NCBI GenBank assembly: GCA_965214935.1
Contig: CBDCCS010000021.1
Span: 1 to 64,000 of the forward strand
From: Candidatus Velthaea sp.
GTDB taxonomy: Bacteria > Vulcanimicrobiota > Vulcanimicrobiia > Vulcanimicrobiales > Vulcanimicrobiaceae
DNA: 64,000 bases
Reading direction: 5' to 3'
Shown here: positions 59,133 through 64,000 of the stretch, in pieces
How positions within the stretch are numbered: the first letter of the stretch is position 1
How the letters are laid out: each line of letters begins with the position of its first letter
Program-made: the position numbers and the translations under genes
The notes under the pieces: generated by a model
The model's database searches: none
Told to the model about the DNA's origin: nothing
What the model saw: only the letters and a program-made list of their open reading frames with translations

Positions 59133-59419
59133 GCACAGGTCCCGTCGGAGTAAGTCGCCGATCGGCGACCGTCGAATGACTTCGTTCCATGGTTCTGAAA
59201 CGCGCCCTCGTCATCGAGTCCGAGCTTCATTCACATTTCCCGGCGATACCGGTACGGCCGCCGACGCCGTTTAGCGACGCCGCCGGCTTCACACCGGTGA
59301 AGCGCTATCCGCTCGTTTTGCTCGTTCTCGGCGGGCCGATGTGTACGAACGCTGGACCGATTCCATCGCCGCGCTGTTAGCCCGGCTGTGCTTAAAGCCG
59401 CGCGTTGCGCGTCGATAAG

Positions 59420-60103
59420 ATGATGACATTCGACAGCGTGCAAACCGGCTTGGAACCGCGGCTCGATGCAACCGGGCGCGCCGCCGAACGTTACGCGTTA
59501 ACCGTCGTGATGCCGTTGTGGATAAGCGCCGGCGCCTTCGATTACATCTTGCATCGACGCTCGCACATAGAAGCGACGTCGGGAGTGTACGAATCACGCT
59601 TGCACGTCGCGGGCATCGCGCTATCCGCGCTGCCGGTCCTGGCCGGCCTCGTGTGCGAGATCGATGCGGGCGTACTGGCGATCATGAGCGCCGGTTACGT
59701 GACGCATGCCGGCATGACGATCTGGGATATCGCATACGCCGACGAACGGCGCGCGATCGTACCACTCGAACAGCACGTCCATGCGATGCTCGAGCTACTG
59801 CCGTTCACGGCGCTCTCGCTCGTGGCGCTTGCCCATCGCGAGCAGCTTGCGGCACTTGCCGGTCTTGGCGGCAGCGCCGCACGTTGGGGCTTGCGTCGCA
59901 AGCATACGCCGATACCTGCACCCGCGCTGATGGCCACGATCGGCGCCTTCGGCGCCTTTGTCGCACTGCCGTTCGCCGAAGAGTTGTTACGGTGCGTGCG
60001 CTATGCGCGCAAACGCGCCGTTCTCGACTTGAATCCGCCGGCGGAGCAACGCCAGATTGAGTATACCGAATACGACCGCGTGCCAGCCGAGCCCGAGCGC
60101 TAA
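59420..60103 (+). CDS. Conserved multi-pass membrane protein with His-rich motifs
   Basis: PLWISAGAFDYILHRRSHIE..ES.LH..WDIAYA..EQHVHAMLELLP..PFAEELLRC. Confidence 0.8.
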   Translation: MMTFDSVQTGLEPRLDATGRAAERYALTVVMPLWISAGAFDYILHRRSHIEATSGVYESRLHVAGIALSALPVLAGLVCEIDAGVLAIMSAGYVTHAGMTIWDIAYADERRAIVPLEQHVHAMLELLPFTALSLVALAHREQLAALAGLGGSAARWGLRRKHTPIPAPALMATIGAFGAFVALPFAEELLRCVRYARKRAVLDLNPPAEQRQIEYTEYDRVPAEPER

Positions 60104-60487
60104 GCTGACACAGGGTAACTCAAAAGCGACGACGAGGTAATTCGGATGCCGCACGAAGCGGAACGGACCCGAGGTCACCGGGCGTTCGAGCGGCACGATG
60201 AGTATGCGTGTCGTCCAGCGCGAACCCAGCGTCACTAGGACCCAAGCGCGACCCGCTTGCAGCAGCACGAATGCAACGGCGAACGCCGGCACGACATCGC
60301 GCCCCGCCCCAAACCACCACAGCGTCGCCAGCCACGTCGCGTGCAAGCCGACCATGAGCGGGTAATGACCGGCCCCAACCTCATAGGCGCCGCGCGCCAG
60401 CAGTCGCCGCGTGTTGCGCGCGGCGATCAGCAGTTCCGCCAGGCGCTGCAGCGTCAAGAAGACGAGCAGCGCCGACGCCGCAGTCAC
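59987..60487 (-). CDS. Isoprenylcysteine carboxyl methyltransferase-like protein (SrsB/BpsB-type)
   Basis: QRLAEL..RNTRRL..GAYEVG..HYP, WTTRI, GPFRFVRHPNY. Confidence 0.92.
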   Translation of the reverse strand: MTAASALLVFLTLQRLAELLIAARNTRRLLARGAYEVGAGHYPLMVGLHATWLATLWWFGAGRDVVPAFAVAFVLLQAGRAWVLVTLGSRWTTRILIVPLERPVTSGPFRFVRHPNYLVVAFELPCVSLALGLGWHAVVFGILNLALLRRRIQVENGAFARIAHAP

Positions 60488-60506
60488 CGTGTTCTGCGAA
60501 CGTCGT

Positions 60507-61586
60507 TCAAGCCGCGACGCATGCAAGCGAGACGAAACTCGCGGTGAATCCGGGTCCGAGCGCTGCAAGCATCGTGTTGATCGGCAAACCGGCCGCGATT
60601 GCACGTTCGAGAACGAACAGCACCGTCGGCGACGACATGTTGCCAAAGTCGCGCATCACACCACGTTCGATGTCCAGCGAGCCGGCCGGCAGAACGAGCG
60701 CCGCTTCGATCGCTTCGAGGACTTTGGTGCCGCCCGGATGACACACGACCCGGCCGATCTGCGCGCGTTCGATATCAAGCCGTTCGATTGCGGCATTGAA
60801 ACTCGCCCGGTAGCGGCGTTCGACGAACGCGGGCAGCGAACGCGAAAGCAATACGCCCAGACCCGCATCGTCGACGTCCCAGCCCATGATGTCGAGCGTG
60901 TCGTTCCACAGATGCTCGGTCGCGCCGCCGAAGGTGGCCAACGCGGGCAACTCGGGATCGCTCGAGACGATCGCCGCCGCCGCACCATCACCGAACAGTG
61001 AAGTCGCGATCACGTCGGCTTTGGTCGCGCGATCGGCGCGAAAGGCAAGCGTGCATAACTCGACGGCTACCAGCAACACCGTCGTGCCCGGTCGCGAAGT
61101 CGCGAGCCGGGACGCAATAGCAAGCCCGGTAACGCCACCCGCACAGCCCAAGCCGAAGACCGGCGTCCGCTCGACGTCCGGCCGGAAGCCCATCTTCGGC
61201 AGCATGCGGGCTTCTAAACTCGGCGTCGAAATGCCGGTTGACGAAACCGTAACGACGGCATCGATGGCAGCCGGCGCCATGTTCGCCGACGCGAGCGCCT
61301 TGGTAACGACGGCCTCAAATAAACTGCTAGCGCCTTCGATATACGCCGCCGTTCGGTCCGGCCAGCCATGCGGATCGGCGAACCAGGAAACCGGCCGGAC
61401 CGAATACCGCCGTTCGATACCGGTCGTTGCAAAGACGCCGGCAACCCGCTCGTAATTTGCCATGCGCGACGCGAAAAACGCACGCGAGCTTGCTTCCGCG
61501 ACACGCTGATCGATTTCATATTCCGGTACGGCGGTTGCTAAAGCGACAAGGTGCGCTGCGATCGACCGTTGTGGCGAAAGACGCAC
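60507..61586 (-). CDS. Type III polyketide synthase
   Basis: GLGCAGG, VELCTL, LFGDGAAA, HPGG, GNMSS (Cys-His-Asn triad); AGGAG before GTG 61586. Confidence 0.95.
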   Translation of the reverse strand: MRLSPQRSIAAHLVALATAVPEYEIDQRVAEASSRAFFASRMANYERVAGVFATTGIERRYSVRPVSWFADPHGWPDRTAAYIEGASSLFEAVVTKALASANMAPAAIDAVVTVSSTGISTPSLEARMLPKMGFRPDVERTPVFGLGCAGGVTGLAIASRLATSRPGTTVLLVAVELCTLAFRADRATKADVIATSLFGDGAAAAIVSSDPELPALATFGGATEHLWNDTLDIMGWDVDDAGLGVLLSRSLPAFVERRYRASFNAAIERLDIERAQIGRVVCHPGGTKVLEAIEAALVLPAGSLDIERGVMRDFGNMSSPTVLFVLERAIAAGLPINTMLAALGPGFTASFVSLACVAA

Positions 61587-61832
61587 CCGGCTCCTTTGCC
61601 CCGCTCGGGAAGCGACCAAACGTTGGGCTGCCGGCACCGGATCAGGTAATCCGGTAGCGTCACGAAGTGAAGACGGAGACGGAGGCATTGAAATCCTTGA
61701 CGGTTGTCGCAACGAGTGTCGCCGTGCGTTCGAGCCTCCGGCAATGACGTTTCGCTTTAACCCTTGGACGTCTGTGCCGAGCGGAATGACGCCGTTCCCG
61801 GCCGTTGCCGCGCGGCGCCTCGAAAAACGAGA

Positions 61833-61997
61833 TCAAAGATGACTCGTTAGCGCCACGATGACGATCGCCACGCCGACGAGCGCGACCGCAAAACAACCGC
61901 AGCCCGGTGCCGGCCCGCGCGGGCGCCGCGGACCATCGGCGTTGTCGCGCGTGCTCAACCGATACGCGACGTAGGTGTCGAAGAGCGGATCGCTCAC
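61833..61997 (-). CDS. 54-aa single-pass membrane protein, below the ORF-track cutoff
   Basis: MSDPLFDTYVAYRLSTRDNADGPRRPRGPAPGCGCFAVALVGVAIVIVALTSHL; starts 28 nt after the M50 gene stop. Confidence 0.6.
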   Translation of the reverse strand: MSDPLFDTYVAYRLSTRDNADGPRRPRGPAPGCGCFAVALVGVAIVIVALTSHL

Positions 61998-62025
61998 GCG
62001 CTATCGGGTTTGGCGGCAGCCCGTC

Positions 62026-62784
62026 TTATGCAGCGCGGTCGAGCAGTGCGCGCGTCCGTTCGAGCCGTTCGGTCGCGCGCGAGACCTGCAATTGTTGCCA
62101 GCCTTGACGAAGTAAGAATATCCCGATCAGGCCGTACCACGCTTGACTCATATCGTGCGTGATGAGCACGCCGGCAGCGCCGCCCAAAATCAGCGCGGCG
62201 GCAAACAGCAATCCGACGATCGATGCAGCTCCGGTCGCGGCGGCTTGGCTTCCGCGCAACTGCCAAATGACCGCACGTAGAACGCGTCCGCCGTCCATCG
62301 GGAATGCCGGGATCAGATTGAAGACGGCTAACGCGGCATTCGCAAAGCTGGCATAGGCGGCAAGCAATTCGAGCGTTCCTTCGAGCGCGCCGCTGCCGAA
62401 TCGCTGCAACAGCGTAAACGCACCGAAGGCGAGTGCCGCCAAAGCGGCGCTGAACGCCGGCCCGGCCAGCGCAACGAGCGCTTCCGCGCGCGGCGAGGGC
62501 GGCTCCCGTTCAAGCAGTGCAACCCCGCCGAGCAAAAATAAGGTAATGCGATGAGTCCCGATGCCGAAGCGTCGCGCAACGAACGCATGCGCGAATTCGT
62601 GGGCGATCAAGCTTGCAAAGAGCAGTAATCCGCCGAGTGCGCCCAGTCCGACGGCAACGCCGCGCGGGACGCCGTCGAGCAACTGCGCCAATGAACCGGC
62701 AATGAACGCATAGGCAACGATCCACGACACGTGCACGACGACGGGTATGCCGGAGAATCGGCCGATGGTAAAAGTCTGGCGCAT
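62026..62784 (-). CDS. Site-2 protease (M50 family)
   Basis: HEFAH, LLGGVA, ALAGP, FNLIPAFPMDGGR; GTG/ATG choice favours ATG 62784. Confidence 0.93.
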   Translation of the reverse strand: MRQTFTIGRFSGIPVVVHVSWIVAYAFIAGSLAQLLDGVPRGVAVGLGALGGLLLFASLIAHEFAHAFVARRFGIGTHRITLFLLGGVALLEREPPSPRAEALVALAGPAFSAALAALAFGAFTLLQRFGSGALEGTLELLAAYASFANAALAVFNLIPAFPMDGGRVLRAVIWQLRGSQAAATGAASIVGLLFAAALILGGAAGVLITHDMSQAWYGLIGIFLLRQGWQQLQVSRATERLERTRALLDRAA

Positions 62785-62816
62785 CGAGGTGACGCGTCGT
62801 TCACGCGCCGCGCAGC

Positions 62817-63929
62817 CTACGCCTGCCGCTGCGTTGCGGCCTTTGTTACAAGTTCGTCGAGCACGTCGAAATTGCGTTCGGCAAGCCGCCGCACCTCGGG
62901 ACCCGCAGCGCGCAGATGCGCGGCAAGTTCGTCGCGCCGCGACCAAACCGCATCGATCCGGCGTTCGATCTCATCACCGCCCGGTACGTCGCCGCCGGGG
63001 ATGAACAGCGGGCCGAGCGGGTAATTCAGATCTTCGAGCAGCGCACTGACTTTCGGATCGTACGGCAGGGCCGTGAACGGCACGCCGAGCCGAGCGGCAA
63101 TGATAAGTGAATGGAGCCGCATGCCGATCACGAGGCGAGCGCGAGCGATGACCTGGGCGGCTTGCGCCAGTGAATAGGCAGGTAGCAACACCGGTGACGT
63201 GCGGCAACGCCGAATCGCGACGGTCGAGATCTCCGCATCGCCAGCGCCGCCGAGCGGCAAAAACGCAACTCGTGCACCGTACGCGTCGGTAAGCCGGTCG
63301 ACCGCAGCGGCAAGTGCAACCGCCGTACGCTCGGCACCGCTCCAGCGACGAACTGAAACAATGACGAGCGGATCGCTCGCCGGACCTAAACCCTCGGCCT
63401 CAAGATTTAGCGGCGCTTCTCCCGGCTCGAATAAGAACACCGGATCGGCGGTCAACTCAACGGGCGTCCCCGGCACAAGCGGCTCCAGTAGCATCCGCGA
63501 GCGCTCGTCGCGAACGGTTGCACGCGAGACCCCGCTGCACAATTGCCGCACGACGGCTTTTCCCCAAAAATCGAGCGGACCGATGGATTGCGCGAAGATC
63601 ATCGTCGGCTTCTTGGCCCGCACCGCCATCCGAATGATGCCGGCATAGTACAACAGGCTGCGTAAGCTCGTGGCGTTTTGCAATAAGCCGCCACCGCCGG
63701 AGACGACGACGTCGGCGGCGGCAACCGCGCGTCGCACCGCTCGTACGTCCGCGCGCGCGGTGCTTTCGACACCGTACGTCACCGCCGTTGCGTGCGGGTT
63801 GCCGCTAAGTACGTCGATGGCACAGTCGGCATGCCGGCTGCGTAACGCTCCGATCATGATCGCCAGCAGTGCTTCGTCGCCGAGATTGCCGAAACCGTAA
63901 TAACCCGATAAGAGGAACCGCGTCGTCAC
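62817..63929 (-). CDS. csaB: Polysaccharide pyruvyl transferase CsaB
   Basis: SGYYGFGNLGDEALL, SGGGGLLQNATS..SLLYY, AQSIGP, VRD, GMRLH, YDPKV. Confidence 0.93.
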   Translation of the reverse strand: MTTRFLLSGYYGFGNLGDEALLAIMIGALRSRHADCAIDVLSGNPHATAVTYGVESTARADVRAVRRAVAAADVVVSGGGGLLQNATSLRSLLYYAGIIRMAVRAKKPTMIFAQSIGPLDFWGKAVVRQLCSGVSRATVRDERSRMLLEPLVPGTPVELTADPVFLFEPGEAPLNLEAEGLGPASDPLVIVSVRRWSGAERTAVALAAAVDRLTDAYGARVAFLPLGGAGDAEISTVAIRRCRTSPVLLPAYSLAQAAQVIARARLVIGMRLHSLIIAARLGVPFTALPYDPKVSALLEDLNYPLGPLFIPGGDVPGGDEIERRIDAVWSRRDELAAHLRAAGPEVRRLAERNFDVLDELVTKAATQRQA

Positions 63930-64000
63930 CGTACCCGCCGGTAGACGATGACGAGCAACGTTCCGGCTAACGCACCGAGCACGGCGCCGTTGAAGACGCG
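63926..64000 (-). CDS. 3' end of a membrane protein upstream of csaB (partial)
   Basis: RVFNGAVLGALAGTLLVIVYRRVR*, with GTGA overlap to csaB. Confidence 0.6.
   Translation of the reverse strand, partial: RVFNGAVLGALAGTLLVIVYRRVR

Noticed and set aside
1..64000. CRISPR arrays, tRNA/rRNA genes, IS elements, prophage genes
   Set aside because: No regularly spaced repeats, cloverleaf or rRNA signatures, transposase, integrase or phage structural motifs were seen by eye; a computational scan would be needed to exclude short elements.

Overview
GC-rich bacterial chromosome segment of mostly core metabolism. It carries cysD/cysNC, hutHUIF, ilvC-leuCDB, ohr/ohrR, lgt-yggS-sepF-divIVA, ccdA-lspA-rluD-tgt, msrB, xylD/denD-like sugar-acid enzymes, an aro operon, tag, ilvB plus an ACT subunit, ileS, a type III PKS with a methyltransferase, an M50 protease and csaB. 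Terrabacteria-type division genes together with a TonB-dependent receptor and beta-barrels suggest a diderm Terrabacteria lineage such as Vulcanimicrobiota/Eremiobacterota (inference only). I saw no rRNA, tRNA, CRISPR array or transposase. Items missing from the ORF track: (1) a frameshifted sensor with an ethylene-receptor-like Cys/His membrane domain and a GAF domain; (2) two homologous leader-peptide attenuators (ilvC-leu, ilvB) and a candidate Phe-sensing translational attenuator before a fused aroA-aroE; (3) a decayed RNase T2/RNase I pseudogene; (4) CTG starts and a 54-aa membrane protein. The best candidates for new systems are a DUF4329/JAB toxin-glycine-zipper gene with a coupled putative immunity gene, a sulfotransferase-CDF-like fusion beside a PAPS-supply module, a Cys-Cys-rich TonB receptor with a DsrE-like partner behind a structured leader, and duplicated beta-barrel/lipoprotein pairs. 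All family assignments come from motif recognition by eye, not from database searches.
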